Source: an uncultured Actinomycetota bacterium (GTDB lineage: Bacteria; Actinomycetota; Actinomycetes; Prado026). Taken from it: 64,000 nucleotides of DNA. The notes under the pieces were generated by a model, which saw nothing but the letters and a program-made list of their open reading frames with translations, had not been told where the DNA came from and searched no databases. The stretch lies in contig CAWFVK010000018.1 of NCBI GenBank assembly GCA_963819215.1, forward strand, positions 3,158 through 67,157, written 5' to 3'. Below are positions 45,653 to 55,237 of this stretch, in pieces (the first letter of the stretch is position 1; each line of letters begins with the position of its first letter). Position numbers and translations under genes: made by a program.

Positions 45653-47414
45653 GGGACATCCACACCCCTCCGCCCGCTGGCATCGTCCGGCCTTCCACGG
45701 GGGCGCTCGCGAGCCTGACCTCGCCCCAGTCCTCGGGCAGAAGCAACGGCGCGTCGCCGCAGCTGACGGCGCACACGAGGTCGCCCCGCGCGAAGGCCAG
45801 GATGTCGTCCCGGCCCGGAACCTCCACCCAGGCGAGCTCGACCTCGTGGCCCGGCACCAGCGTCCGGCGCAGCGTCAGGGCTCGTCGGTAGAGGCTGAGC
45901 ATGGACAACGGGTCCGACAGCTCGACGTCGACCGCGTACTCGGCGAACCAGTACGGCTGAGGCAGCCACGGCCGCCCCGGCTCGACGGGCTCCCCGTCAG
46001 CCGCGGCCGACTCCCCGGCACCAGACTCCCCGGCACCAGACTCCGCGGCACCAGACTCCGCGGCACCGGCCGAGAAGCCGAACGAGTCCTCCTCCGCGCT
46101 CCATGGCAGCGGCACCCGCGAGCCGTCACGGCCGGGCTCCTCGCCGTGGGTACGCCGCCAGATCGGGTCCTGCCGCGCGTCGTCGGCGAGGTCCATGACC
46201 TCCGGCAGGCCCAGCTCCTCGCCCTGGTAGAGGTAGGCCGACCCGGGCAGCGCGAGCAGCATCAGGATCGCCGACCTGGCGAACCGGGTGCCCTGCTCGA
46301 GGTCCGTCGGGCCACGGAAGCGCGTCCCGGCCGCGGGGTCCTCGTCGCTGGCGACCCAGGGCCGGTCCTGGTCCTGGCCGTACCGGGTGACGGTTCGGTG
46401 GACGTCGTGGTTCGAGAGCGTCCAAGTGACCGCCGCGCCCGTGGACGCGATCTGCTGAAGCCCCCTGGTGATCGCGGCGCGCAGGAACGGTGCCCGCCAG
46501 GGCTGCGTCAGGAGGTCGAAGTAGAACGCCTGGGGGAGCTCGTCCGGGCGCAGGTACAGCGCGAGGTCGCTGACCCGTGGGACCCAGATCTCACCCACCA
46601 GCGTCAGGTCACGTCCGACGTAGGAGTCCGCGACGGCCCGCCACCTGCGGTAGACGGCGTGCACGCCCTCCTGGTTCCACATCGGGGCGTCGCTGCGGTC
46701 GTTGCCGGGGCCGGGCTCCCAGTCGGGCAGCTCGGAGTCCTTCACCAGACCGTGCGCGACGTCGATGCGGAAGCCGTCGACACCTCGGTCGAACCAGAAG
46801 CGCAGCACCTGCTCGAACAGGTCGCCGACGTCCGGGTTGCTCCAGTCGAAGTCGGGCTGCGCCGTGTCGAACAGGTGCAGGTACCACTGGCCGGGCCCGC
46901 TGCCGTCCGCCTCTTCGACGCGCGTCCAGGCCGAGCCGCCGAACACCGACCGCCAGTTGTTGGGGGGCAGCGAGCCGTCCGGGCCGCGGCCGTCCCTGAA
47001 CAGGAACCGCGCGCGCTCGGCCGAGCCCGGGGCAGACGCCAGCGCCGCCTGGAACCAGGGGTGCGCGCTCGAGCAGTGGTTGGGGACCAGGTCCATGAGG
47101 AGCTTGAGGCCCCGTGCATGGGCGTCGGCCAGCAGCGCGTCGAAGGAGTCGAGGGTGCCGTAGTCGGGCTCGATGTCGGTGTAGTCGGCGACGTCGTACC
47201 CGTGGTCAGCCTGCGGCGACGGGTAGCAGGGGCTCAGCCACAGGCCGTCCACCCCCAGCTCGATCAGGTACGGCAGGCGCGACCTGATGCCGTCCAGGTC
47301 GCCGATGCCGTCGCCGTCCGCGTCGGCGAACGACCGTGGGTAGACCTGGTAGACGACGGCGTCCCGCCACCAGTCACGCTTGGTTGGCGGGGTGCTCGAC
47401 GTACTGCTCGACAT
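45645..47414 (-). CDS. GH13 alpha-glucosidase / oligo-1,6-glucosidase-like
   Basis: WWRDAVVYQVYPRSFADADGDGIGDLDGI, GLKLLMDLVPNHCS, GVDGFRIDVAH, GEIW and SNHDVHR are the GH13 conserved regions I-IV. A low-complexity AESG(A) insertion lies in the C-terminal part. Confidence 0.9.
   Translation of the reverse strand: MSSSTSSTPPTKRDWWRDAVVYQVYPRSFADADGDGIGDLDGIRSRLPYLIELGVDGLWLSPCYPSPQADHGYDVADYTDIEPDYGTLDSFDALLADAHARGLKLLMDLVPNHCSSAHPWFQAALASAPGSAERARFLFRDGRGPDGSLPPNNWRSVFGGSAWTRVEEADGSGPGQWYLHLFDTAQPDFDWSNPDVGDLFEQVLRFWFDRGVDGFRIDVAHGLVKDSELPDWEPGPGNDRSDAPMWNQEGVHAVYRRWRAVADSYVGRDLTLVGEIWVPRVSDLALYLRPDELPQAFYFDLLTQPWRAPFLRAAITRGLQQIASTGAAVTWTLSNHDVHRTVTRYGQDQDRPWVASDEDPAAGTRFRGPTDLEQGTRFARSAILMLLALPGSAYLYQGEELGLPEVMDLADDARQDPIWRRTHGEEPGRDGSRVPLPWSAEEDSFGFSAGAAESGAAESGAGESGAGESAAADGEPVEPGRPWLPQPYWFAEYAVDVELSDPLSMLSLYRRALTLRRTLVPGHEVELAWVEVPGRDDILAFARGDLVCAVSCGDAPLLLPEDWGEVRLASAPVEGRTMPAGGGVWMSRG
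46009..46068. repeat. 15-bp tandem repeat x4 inside the GH13 gene
   Basis: GACTCCCCGGCACCA x2 is followed by GACTCCGCGGCACCA and GACTCCGCGGCACCG. On the coding strand this encodes GAAESGAAESGAGESGAGES. Confidence 0.9.
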
Positions 47415-47560
47415 GCAGCTCTCCGACGGGATCAGGGGAAGACCACCGAGCGGGGCCCGCGGCGGCCGTAAGCGTTTACAGACTCTGCCGGACCTGGCGC
47501 CCAGCGTCCAGCCGCAGACCCGAACTGGGCAACAGCAGCCGCACGTGGCACTGTCCGGTC

Positions 47561-48982
47561 ATGGATCTGCAGCGCTGGCTCGACGCGTCGTTGCGCGCGC
47601 ACCAGGACTGGCTCGCCGGCTTCGGAGCGGTCACTCGCCATCCGTCCACCGTCGTCACCGACGAGCAGCTCGCCGGCCCGTTCGCGGAGCTGGTGCGTCG
47701 GATGGGCGACAACTACCCGTTCGGGCACCCGAGCTACGCCGCGCAGATGGTCAAGCCGCCGCACCCCGTGGCGATGGTGGGCTACTTCGCCGCGATGCAG
47801 GTCAACCCGAACAACCACGCCCTCGACGGCGGGCCGGCCACCGCCGCCATGGAGAAGGAGGTCGTCCTCGACCTCGCGGCGATGTTCGGCTTCTCCGAGC
47901 CGCTGGGCCACCTGACGTCCAGCGGCACCATCGCGAACCTCGAGGCGCTGTACATCGCCCGCGAGCTCCACCCGACCCGTGGCGTGGCCTACAGCGAGGA
48001 CGCCCACTACACGCACGGACGGATGTGCCGCGTCCTCGGCATCACGGGCTACCCGGTGGCGACGGACGCCGCGGGCCGGATGGACCTGGACGCGCTCGAG
48101 CAGCTGCTGGCGGTCGGCGACGTCGGGACGGTGGTGCTGACCACCGGGACCACGGGCCTCGGTGCCGTCGACCGGGTCGATCTCGCGCTGCCCGCCGCCC
48201 GTCGGCACGGGGTCCGGGTGCACGTGGACGCGGCCTACGGCGGGTTCTTCCGGCTGCTCGCCGACGACTCACCGGACGGGGTGGCGGCGGCGCCCTGGCT
48301 CGCCATCGCCGACGCCGACTCGGTGGTGGTCGACCCGCACAAGCACGGGCTCCAGCCGTACGGCTGCGGCGCCGTTCTCTTCCGGGACCCGTCGGTGGGT
48401 CGCTTCTACGACCACGACTCTCCGTACACCTACTTCACCAGCGACGAGCTGCACCTCGGGGAGATCTCGCTCGAGTGCAGCAGGGCGGGTGCGGCCGCGG
48501 CGGCGCTCTGGTTGACGCTGCAGGTGTTCCCGCTCACGGCAGACGGGCTGGGCGCCGTGCTCCGGCCGGGACGGCGCGCCGCGCTCCGGTGGGCCGAGCT
48601 GCTCGCCGGCTCCGAGGTGCTGCAGCCCTACCAGCAGCCCGAGCTGGACATCGTGACGTACCTGCCCCGCCTGCCCGGCCCGCCTCACCTGCCCGGCGCT
48701 CCGCGGTTGTCCACGATCGACGCCGTCAGCGCGCAGGTGATGAGCCAGGGCATGAGCCGCGCGGTCGACCCGGTGTTCCTCGCGACCTACGCAGTCACCG
48801 CCGAGGCGCTCCGGGTGCGCGGCCACGCAGTGGTCGAGGACGTCCCGCGCGGGCGCATCCTGCGCAGCGTGCTCATGAAGCCCGAGCTGGATGACACCCT
48901 GGACCACCTGCACGCCGAGGTCAGCGCTCTCACCAGAACCGCCCTCACCAGCACCGCGCCTGCCGCGGCACCCGCCAGCTGA
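47561..48982 (+). CDS. Pyridoxal-phosphate-dependent (group II) amino-acid decarboxylase family protein
   Basis: ATG at 47561 (MDLQRWLD). Motifs HLTSSGTIANLEALYIAR, HVDAAYGGF and the PLP-lysine motif VVDPHKHGLQPYGCG are present. The upstream part of ORF 47336-48982 is not credible. Confidence 0.8.
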   Translation: MDLQRWLDASLRAHQDWLAGFGAVTRHPSTVVTDEQLAGPFAELVRRMGDNYPFGHPSYAAQMVKPPHPVAMVGYFAAMQVNPNNHALDGGPATAAMEKEVVLDLAAMFGFSEPLGHLTSSGTIANLEALYIARELHPTRGVAYSEDAHYTHGRMCRVLGITGYPVATDAAGRMDLDALEQLLAVGDVGTVVLTTGTTGLGAVDRVDLALPAARRHGVRVHVDAAYGGFFRLLADDSPDGVAAAPWLAIADADSVVVDPHKHGLQPYGCGAVLFRDPSVGRFYDHDSPYTYFTSDELHLGEISLECSRAGAAAAALWLTLQVFPLTADGLGAVLRPGRRAALRWAELLAGSEVLQPYQQPELDIVTYLPRLPGPPHLPGAPRLSTIDAVSAQVMSQGMSRAVDPVFLATYAVTAEALRVRGHAVVEDVPRGRILRSVLMKPELDDTLDHLHAEVSALTRTALTSTAPAAAPAS

Positions 48983-49010
48983 GGCTCATCTCGAGGAGAA
49001 AGGCCAGCCC

Positions 49011-49445
49011 GTGCCGATCGACAAGGCCAAGAGCACCACGGTCATCGACGCGCCGTTCGAGGACGTCCTCGCGGCGGTGCGGGACGTCGCCTCGCAGCCC
49101 GAGTGGATGCCCGACATCACCTCGGCCGAGCTGCTCGAGGAGTACGAGGACGGCACCCCCGCCACAGCGCGCTTCGAGATGAAGACCAAGATCGGCTCCG
49201 ACACCTACACCCTCGCGTACACCAGCACCGACTCCACTCTGGAGTGGACGCTGGTCGAGAGCACGATGATGAAGGCCCAGAACGGCTCCTACGTGCTGCA
49301 GGCCGTGGGTGAGGACAGCACCGAGGTCGCGCTCTCCCTCGAGATCGACCACTCGATCAAGGCGCCCGGGTTCCTCCGCCGCTCGATCTTCAACGGGATC
49401 GTCGAGGGCAGCCTCAAGGGGCTCAAGGGCTACGTCGAGAGCTGA
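49011..49445 (+). CDS. SRPBCC (polyketide cyclase/dehydrase-like) family protein
   Basis: GAGGAGAAAGG precedes GTG at 49011. Sequence: STTVIDAPFEDVLAAVRDVASQPEWMPDI...GIVEGSLKGLKGYVE. Confidence 0.7.
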   Translation: MPIDKAKSTTVIDAPFEDVLAAVRDVASQPEWMPDITSAELLEEYEDGTPATARFEMKTKIGSDTYTLAYTSTDSTLEWTLVESTMMKAQNGSYVLQAVGEDSTEVALSLEIDHSIKAPGFLRRSIFNGIVEGSLKGLKGYVES

Positions 49446-49478
49446 CGAGCGGCCCTGCTGAGCAGCTGACCGGCCTCG

Positions 49479-50255
49479 CTACTTCCAGATCTGGTGGATC
49501 GCCGCGACCAGGGCGATCGTGACGATCAGGGTCCGGAGCACCGAGTCCGGTAGCGAGCGCCCGAACCGGGAACCGAGCAACCCCCCGACCGCGCTCCCGA
49601 TCGCCAGCAGCAGGACCACCAGCCAGTCCACCGGTGCCGCGATCACGAACACGATCGATGCCGAGAAGTTGACCGTCGCAGCGAGCATGTTCTTCAGGCC
49701 GTTCGAGGCCTGCAGCCCGCCGTGCAGCACGATGCCGAACAGCCCCAGGAAGATGATCCCCATCGCGGCGCCGAAGTAGCCGCCGTAGATCGCCGCGAAG
49801 AACACCAGGACCACCACGACGGGGCCCACCTCCACGGGGTCGTCGCCCTCCGGGGCGGCGGGGGCGCCGGAGCGGCGCGCCACGGCCTTCGCCAGCCAGG
49901 GCTGCACCGCGACCAACCCGCCCGCGAGGATCAGCAGCACCGGGACGATCGCGGCGAAGGTCTTGGACGGCAGCACGACGAGCAGCACCGCCCCGAGGAT
50001 GCCGCCGAGCACCCCGGGCACGACGAGCTTGCGCAGCACGTTCCGCAGGACGTGCAGCTCCCGGCGGTAGCCGTAGGCGCCCGCGAGCGAGCCAGGAACC
50101 AGCCCGAGGGTGTTCGAGACGTTGGCGGTCACCGGCGGGACGCCCAGCGCCAGCAGGGCCGGGAAGGACACCAGGGTGCCGGCACCCACCACCGAGTTCA
50201 TGGCTCCGGCGACCAGGCCGGCCACGAGGACGGCCGCGTCCTGCAGGGGAGTCAC
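49479..50255 (-). CDS. TauE/SafE family sulfite/anion exporter
   Basis: GTG at 50255 (VTPLQDAAVLVAGLVAGAMNSVVGAGTLVSFPALLALGVP). The gene encodes 7-8 TMs and a Gly-rich repeat in the second half (IYGGYFGAAMGI). The upstream part of ORF 49479-50693 is rejected. Confidence 0.75.
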   Translation of the reverse strand: MTPLQDAAVLVAGLVAGAMNSVVGAGTLVSFPALLALGVPPVTANVSNTLGLVPGSLAGAYGYRRELHVLRNVLRKLVVPGVLGGILGAVLLVVLPSKTFAAIVPVLLILAGGLVAVQPWLAKAVARRSGAPAAPEGDDPVEVGPVVVVLVFFAAIYGGYFGAAMGIIFLGLFGIVLHGGLQASNGLKNMLAATVNFSASIVFVIAAPVDWLVVLLLAIGSAVGGLLGSRFGRSLPDSVLRTLIVTIALVAAIHQIWK

Positions 50256-50340
50256 CGAGGCAGTCTGCCAGCACGGGTTTGGGGGGTCGGCAGCGGCAGC
50301 GGCCCGGCAGCCGCTAGCGTGCGCGCATGAGGGTGTGCGC

Positions 50341-51464
50341 ATGAGAGTGGTGGTCCCGGTCGAGGTGCGGGCCGGGGAGCGCCGCGTGGCGGCGATGCCG
50401 GACAGCATCGCCCGGCTCGTCAAGGCCGGGCTCGAAGTCGTCGTGGAGTCGGGTGCCGGCGAGCACGTCCGGGTCTCGGACGCCGCGTTCACCGATGCCG
50501 GCGCGCGGGTCGTCGCCGGCGACGTCCTGGCCGAGGCTGACGCCGTCCTCCACGTGACCGCGCTGACCCCTGAGCAGGTCGGGCGCCTGAAGTCCGGCGC
50601 GATCACGATCGGCTTCGGCTCGCCGAGCACCAACGCGGCCGGGATCACGGCGCTGCAGCAGGCCGGGGTGAGCGCTTTCGCCGTCGAGCTCATCCCTCGG
50701 ATCTCGCGCGCGCAGTCGATGGACGCGCTGACCTCGCAGGCCCTGGTCGCCGGCTACCGCGCTGGGCTGGTCGCGGCCGAGCTCCTGCCGACCTTCTTCC
50801 CGTTGCTGATGACCGCAGCCGGCACGATCCCGCCGGCCAAGGTGCTGGTCCTCGGCGCCGGGGTCGCCGGACTGCAGGCGATCGCGACCGCGCAAGCGGT
50901 TGGGCGCCGTGGTCGAGGCCTACGACGTCCGGCCGTCGTCGGCGGACGAGGTCCGCTCGATGGGTGCGAAGTTCGTCGAGCTCGATCTCGAGGCGCTCGA
51001 GGGATCAGGCGGCTACGCGCGCGAGATGAGCGACGACCGCGCCACCCGCCAGCGCGAGCTGCTCACGCCGTTCGTGGTCAAGTCGGACGTGTTGATCACG
51101 ACGGCCGCGGTTCCCGGGCGCAGCGCACCGCTGCTGGTGACCAAGGCGATGGTCGAGCAGATGCGGCCCGGCTCGGTGGTGGTCGATCTCGCGGCCGAGA
51201 CCGGCGGGAACGTCGAAGGCTCGAAGCCCGGCGAGACGATCACGATCGGCGGGGCCACGGTGTGGGGTGCGCGCGACGTCCCGTCCCAGCTGCCGGTGGA
51301 CGCCTCCAAGCTCTACGCCCGCAACGTGAGCGACCTGCTCGCTGCTCATGACCAAGGACGGCGAGATCACCCCCGACTGGGAGGACGAGATCGTGGCGGG
51401 TTGCTGGGTCACGCGTGACGGGAAGGTCCGCGAGGGGCTCGTGGTCTCGGGGAGCGGCGGATGA
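50341..51464 (+). pseudogene. pntAA: NAD(P) transhydrogenase subunit alpha part 1, two frame breaks (about 50890 and 51340)
   Basis: MRVVVPVEVRAGERRVAAMPDSIARLVKAGLEVVVESGAG...VLVLGAGVAGLQAIATA is in frame 1. GAVVEAYDVRPSSADEV...ITTAAVPGRSAP...VVDLAAETGGN is in frame 2. MTKDGEITPDWEDEIVAGCWVTRDGKV...SGSGG, with its stop overlapping the pntAB ATG (ATGA), is in frame 3. Confidence 0.85.
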
Positions 51465-51794
51465 ACGGGATCGGGTTGCTGACGGTCTTCGTCCTGTCGA
51501 TCTTCATCGGCTTCGAGGTCGTCTCGAAGGTCTCGACCACGCTCCACACGCCGTTGATGTCGGGCGCCAACGCCATCCACGGCGTGATCCTGCGTCGGTG
51601 CGATCCTGGTGACCGGCTCCGCCGACGGCTTCGTCGAGACGACGCTCGGGCTCATCGCCGTGGTGCTGTCGACGATCAACATGGTCGGCGGATTCGTCGT
51701 GACCGACCGCATGCTCGAGATGTTCAGCGGCCGCAAGCCCGCGCCGCGCGGTGGCGACGCCGGCGGCTCCACCACGAGCGGACCTTCCGCGTGA
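51461..51794 (+). pseudogene. pntAB: NAD(P) transhydrogenase subunit alpha part 2, one frame break near 51590
   Basis: MNGIGLLTVFVLSIFIGFEVVSKVSTTLHTPLMSGANAIHGVIL is followed by a frame shift to ...TGSADGFVETTLGLIAVVLSTINMVGGFVVTDRMLEMF. The stop overlaps the pntB GTG. Confidence 0.8.
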
Positions 51795-53168
51795 GCAAGC
51801 AGAACTGGATCGACCTCGCCTACCTCGTCGCCGCGGTCTGCTTCATCCTCGCGCTGAAGGGCCTGTCCTCCCCGAAGACCGCACGCCGTGGCAACCTGAT
51901 CGGCGCCTTCGGCGCGCTGGTGGCCGTCGTGACGGTCCTCGTCAGCACGCACCTCGACCACCTGCCGCTGATCCTGCTGGCGATCGTCGTCGGCGGGGCC
52001 ATCGCGGTGCCCGGTCTCCCGCCAGGTCCAGATGACGGCGATGCCTCAGCTCGTCGCGTTGTTCAACGGCGTCGGCGGCGGCGCGGCCGCGATCGTGGCG
52101 CTGCTCGAGATCAAGGACACCGGCGGCGGCTTCCCGCTGGTGGCCTCGCTGTTCACGGTGATGGTGGGCTCGATCTCGTTCAGCGGCTCGGTGGTGACGT
52201 TCCTCAAGCTCCAAGAGGTCATGACCACCCGGCCGGTGGTGCTCCCGGGGCACCCGATCCTGTTCGGTGGCTCGCTCGTGGGCGCGCTGGCGTTCGCGGT
52301 CTACTCGTACACCCAGGACGGTGTCGACACGACGTGGTCGTCCGTGGCGATCACGCTGCTCTCACTCGCTGCCGGTGTGCTGTTCGTCCTGCCGGTCGGC
52401 GGCGCCGACGTCCCCATCGTGATCTCGTTGCTCAACGCGTTCACCGGGCTGGCGGTCGCCGCCTCCGGCTACGTGCTGGGCAACGTGCTGCTGCTCATCG
52501 CCGGCACCCTGGTCGGCGCGTCCGGCACGATCCTCACGCGGTTGATGGCCAAGGCGATGGGCCGACCCATCACGTCGACACTGTTCGGCGCCATCCGTGG
52601 TGGCTCGTCGGCAGGATCGACCGCCATCGGCGGCGACCGACCGGTGCGCTCCGCCACACCGGACGACGTCGCGATCCTGCTGAACTACGCGACCAAGGTC
52701 ATCGTGGTCCCGGGTTACGGCCTCGCCGTCGCGCAGGCGCAGCACACGGTGCGCGAGCTCGCCGACCTGCTGGCCGCGCGTGACGTGGAGGTCCTCTACG
52801 GGATCCACCCGGTCGCCGGCCGCATGCCGGGGCACATGAACGTGCTGCTCGCGGAGGCCAACGTGCCCTACGAGCAGCTCAAGGAGATGGACGAGGTGAA
52901 CCCGCAGTTCGCCACCACCGACGTCGTCATGGTCATCGGCGCGAACGATGTGGTGAACCCCGCCGCCCGCCAGCCCGGCACGCCCATCTCGGGGATGCCG
53001 ATCCTGGACGTCGACCAGTCCCAGAACGTCATCTTCCTCAAGCGCTCCATGCGTCCCGGCTTCGCCGGCATCGACAACGAGCTGCTGTACCAGCCGAACA
53101 CGACGCTGCTGTTCGGCGATGCCAAGGACTCGTTGACCAAGGTCGTGTCCGCGCTCAAGGCGCTCTAG
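51791..53168 (+). pseudogene. pntB: NAD(P) transhydrogenase subunit beta, one frame break near 52005-52030
   Basis: GTG at 51791 (VSKQNWIDLAYLVAAVCFILALKGLSSPKTARRGN...). The sequence then shifts to MTAMPQLVALFNGVGGGAA...VVPGYGLAVAQAQH...YGIHPVAGRMPGHMNVLLAEANVPY...VIGANDVVNPAA...GMPILDV (ORF 52032-53168). Confidence 0.85.
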
Positions 53169-53200
53169 CTGTTCCGCCGCCGGGTCAGCCGGTAAATGGG

Positions 53201-53839
53201 TCAGACCGTGCCGTAGAGCCGGTCACCCGCGTCGCCCAGCCCAGGCACGATGTAGCCCTTCTCGTTGAGGCGCTCGTCGATGGCCGCGGTCACCACGTGG
53301 ATGTCCACGGTGCTGGATCCGAAAGCCTGCTCCAGGCGGGCCAGGCCCTCGGGCGCCACCAGCAGGCAGATCGCCGTCACGTCCCGCGCACCTCGCTCGA
53401 GCAGCAGCTGGATCGCGGCGACCAGCGTCCCGCCCGTCGCGAGCATGGGGTCCAGGACGTAGACCTGCCGGTCCGCAAGGCTCTCCGGCAGGCGGTCCGC
53501 GTACGTCGTGGCCGCCAGCGTGGCCTCGTCCCGCACCATGCCGAGGAACCCGACCTCGGCCGTCGGCAGCAGCCGGGTCATGCCGTCGAGCATGCCCAGC
53601 CCGGCCCGCAGGATCGGGACGACCAGCGGCCGCGGCCGCGAGAGCCGTCGCCCGTCCGCGAGGCCGACCGGGGTGATCACCTGCACCGCCTCGGTCCGGA
53701 CGTCCCTGGTGGCCTCGTAGGCGAGCAGCGTGACCAGCTCCTCCGCCAGCCGCCGGAAGGTCGGTGAGTCGGTGCCCGCGTCGCGCAGCGTGGTCAGCTT
53801 GTGGGCGACGAGCGGGTGATCAGCCAGGTGTACGCGCAT
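53201..53839 (-). CDS. upp: Uracil phosphoribosyltransferase
   Basis: ATG at 53839 ([20 protein letters not shown]). Motifs [23 protein letters not shown] and [16 protein letters not shown] are present. Confidence 0.9.
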   Translation of the reverse strand: MRVHLADHPLVAHKLTTLRDAGTDSPTFRRLAEELVTLLAYEATRDVRTEAVQVITPVGLADGRRLSRPRPLVVPILRAGLGMLDGMTRLLPTAEVGFLGMVRDEATLAATTYADRLPESLADRQVYVLDPMLATGGTLVAAIQLLLERGARDVTAICLLVAPEGLARLEQAFGSSTVDIHVVTAAIDERLNEKGYIVPGLGDAGDRLYGTV

Positions 53840-53894
53840 GAAGCGGAGGCTAACGCCCCTGTCGCACCGCCCCGCACCGTGCGAGCATGCAGGC

Positions 53895-54395
53895 ATGCCG
53901 AACAAGCAGGCTGATGCTGAGGCCACGGACTTCGCGGTAGCTGCCTACCGCGAGGACGGCACCTGGGTCGTCGCGTCGCTCCCGCCGAGCGCTGCCGACG
54001 GGCTTGATCGGCTGCTCGCCGCCCTCCGCCAGCTCCCCAGCGACGGCGGCGCGATCGGGCTCATCTCGGTCGCTGAGGACTTCTTCGTGGCGACCTGGGT
54101 GTTCGGCGGCGAGGAGCGCATCCTGCTGTCCGACGTCACCGCCGCGCAGGACTGGCCGCTGGCGCAGGAGGTCCTCGAGCGGCTCGACCTCCCGTTCCCC
54201 GAGGGCGAGGAGCTCGAGCACGTCCAGCCGGCCGGGGACCTCACCGTGTTCGCCGAGCTCGGCCTCCCACCCATGGACGTCGCGATGATCTGCGAGGACG
54301 CCGACCTGTACCCCGACGAGATGCTGGGCTCGATCGCCTCGCGCCTGGGTTTCGGTCCGGAGTTCGAGCAGGCGCTCGACCTCGTGCTCGGCTGA
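53895..54395 (+). CDS. tRNA adenosine deaminase-associated protein
   Basis: ATG at 53895. An acidic ~166-aa protein ([18 protein letters not shown]...DLYPDEML) lies immediately upstream of tadA, a conserved actinobacterial arrangement. Confidence 0.7.
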   Translation: MPNKQADAEATDFAVAAYREDGTWVVASLPPSAADGLDRLLAALRQLPSDGGAIGLISVAEDFFVATWVFGGEERILLSDVTAAQDWPLAQEVLERLDLPFPEGEELEHVQPAGDLTVFAELGLPPMDVAMICEDADLYPDEMLGSIASRLGFGPEFEQALDLVLG

Positions 54396-54405
54396 CCGTC
54401 TCCAG

Positions 54406-54867
54406 ATGAACAGGTTCGACGAGGCGATGAAGCACGCCCTCGCCGAGGGCGCCAGGGCGAGCACCGGGCCTGGTCTCGGTGACGTCCCGATCGGTGCGCT
54501 GGTGCTCGGCCCCGACGGCGCGATCGTGGCCAGCGGGCACAACGAGCGCGAGGCCGTCGGCGATCCGACCGCCCACGCCGAGGTCCTGGCGCTTCGGGCT
54601 GCGGCCCGTGCGCGCGGTGAGTGGCGGCTCACCGGCTGCACGCTGGTCGTGACGCTGGAGCCGTGCACGATGTGTGCCGGCGCAGCCGTGCTGGCCCGGG
54701 TCGACCGCGTGGTCTTCGGTGCCTACGACCCGAAGGCCGGCGCGGTCGGGTCGCTGTGGGACGTCGTGCGGGACCGGCGGCTCAACCATCGTCCCGAGGT
54801 GATCGGCGGGGTGCTCGAGCAGGAGTGCGCCGCCCAGCTCCGGGACTGGTTCGACGCCCGACGCTGA
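54406..54867 (+). CDS. tadA: tRNA-specific adenosine deaminase
   Basis: CDA zinc motifs HAEVLALR and PCTMCAGA in a 153-aa ORF. Confidence 0.9.
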   Translation: MNRFDEAMKHALAEGARASTGPGLGDVPIGALVLGPDGAIVASGHNEREAVGDPTAHAEVLALRAAARARGEWRLTGCTLVVTLEPCTMCAGAAVLARVDRVVFGAYDPKAGAVGSLWDVVRDRRLNHRPEVIGGVLEQECAAQLRDWFDARR

Positions 54868-54925
54868 GCGGGCGAGGCTCTCTCGGTTTGGGCACCTTGC
54901 CGGGTGGTCGGCTAGCCTGTCCGGC

Positions 54926-55015
54926 GGTGGCGTGTCCGAGCGGCCGAAGGAGCACGCCTCGAAAGCGTGTGAGGGGGCAACTCCTCCGTGGGTTCAAATC
55001 CCACCGCCACCGCCA
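54926..55015 (+). tRNA. tRNA-Ser (anticodon CGA), class II with long variable arm, CCA encoded
   Basis: The hand-folded cloverleaf is: acceptor GGTGGCG/CGCCACC; anticodon stem CACGC/GCGTG; loop CTCGAAA; variable arm GAGGGGGCAACTCCTCC; T arm GTGGG-TTCAAAT-CCCAC; discriminator G; then CCA. It is nearly co-linear with E. coli tRNA-Ser(CGA). Confidence 0.9.
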
Positions 55016-55237
55016 AACCGAGACGGTGCTCCAGCATGTCGCTGACGTGCGGGAGCGCCGTCTTCGTCATTGCCACGGTCTTGCCACCCATCGTCTTCTC
55101 CGACCGCGACGCCTCGCCGCTGTCCACAGGCTGTCGTGCGTGCACAGGCGATACCCGATCTCAGGTTTCTCTCATGGTTCGTCCGTAGCGTCGAGGAGGT
55201 CAGTTGCAGCGGGCCACCGGAGAGGAGGACGGCATTC

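Noticed and set aside
55016-55237. tRNA-Ser 3' end as an integration site for a genomic island covering 55-64 kb
   Set aside because: No integrase or recombinase gene is present, and I found no direct repeat of the tRNA 3' end downstream within the window. Only the last gene (61248-64000) looks compositionally different.
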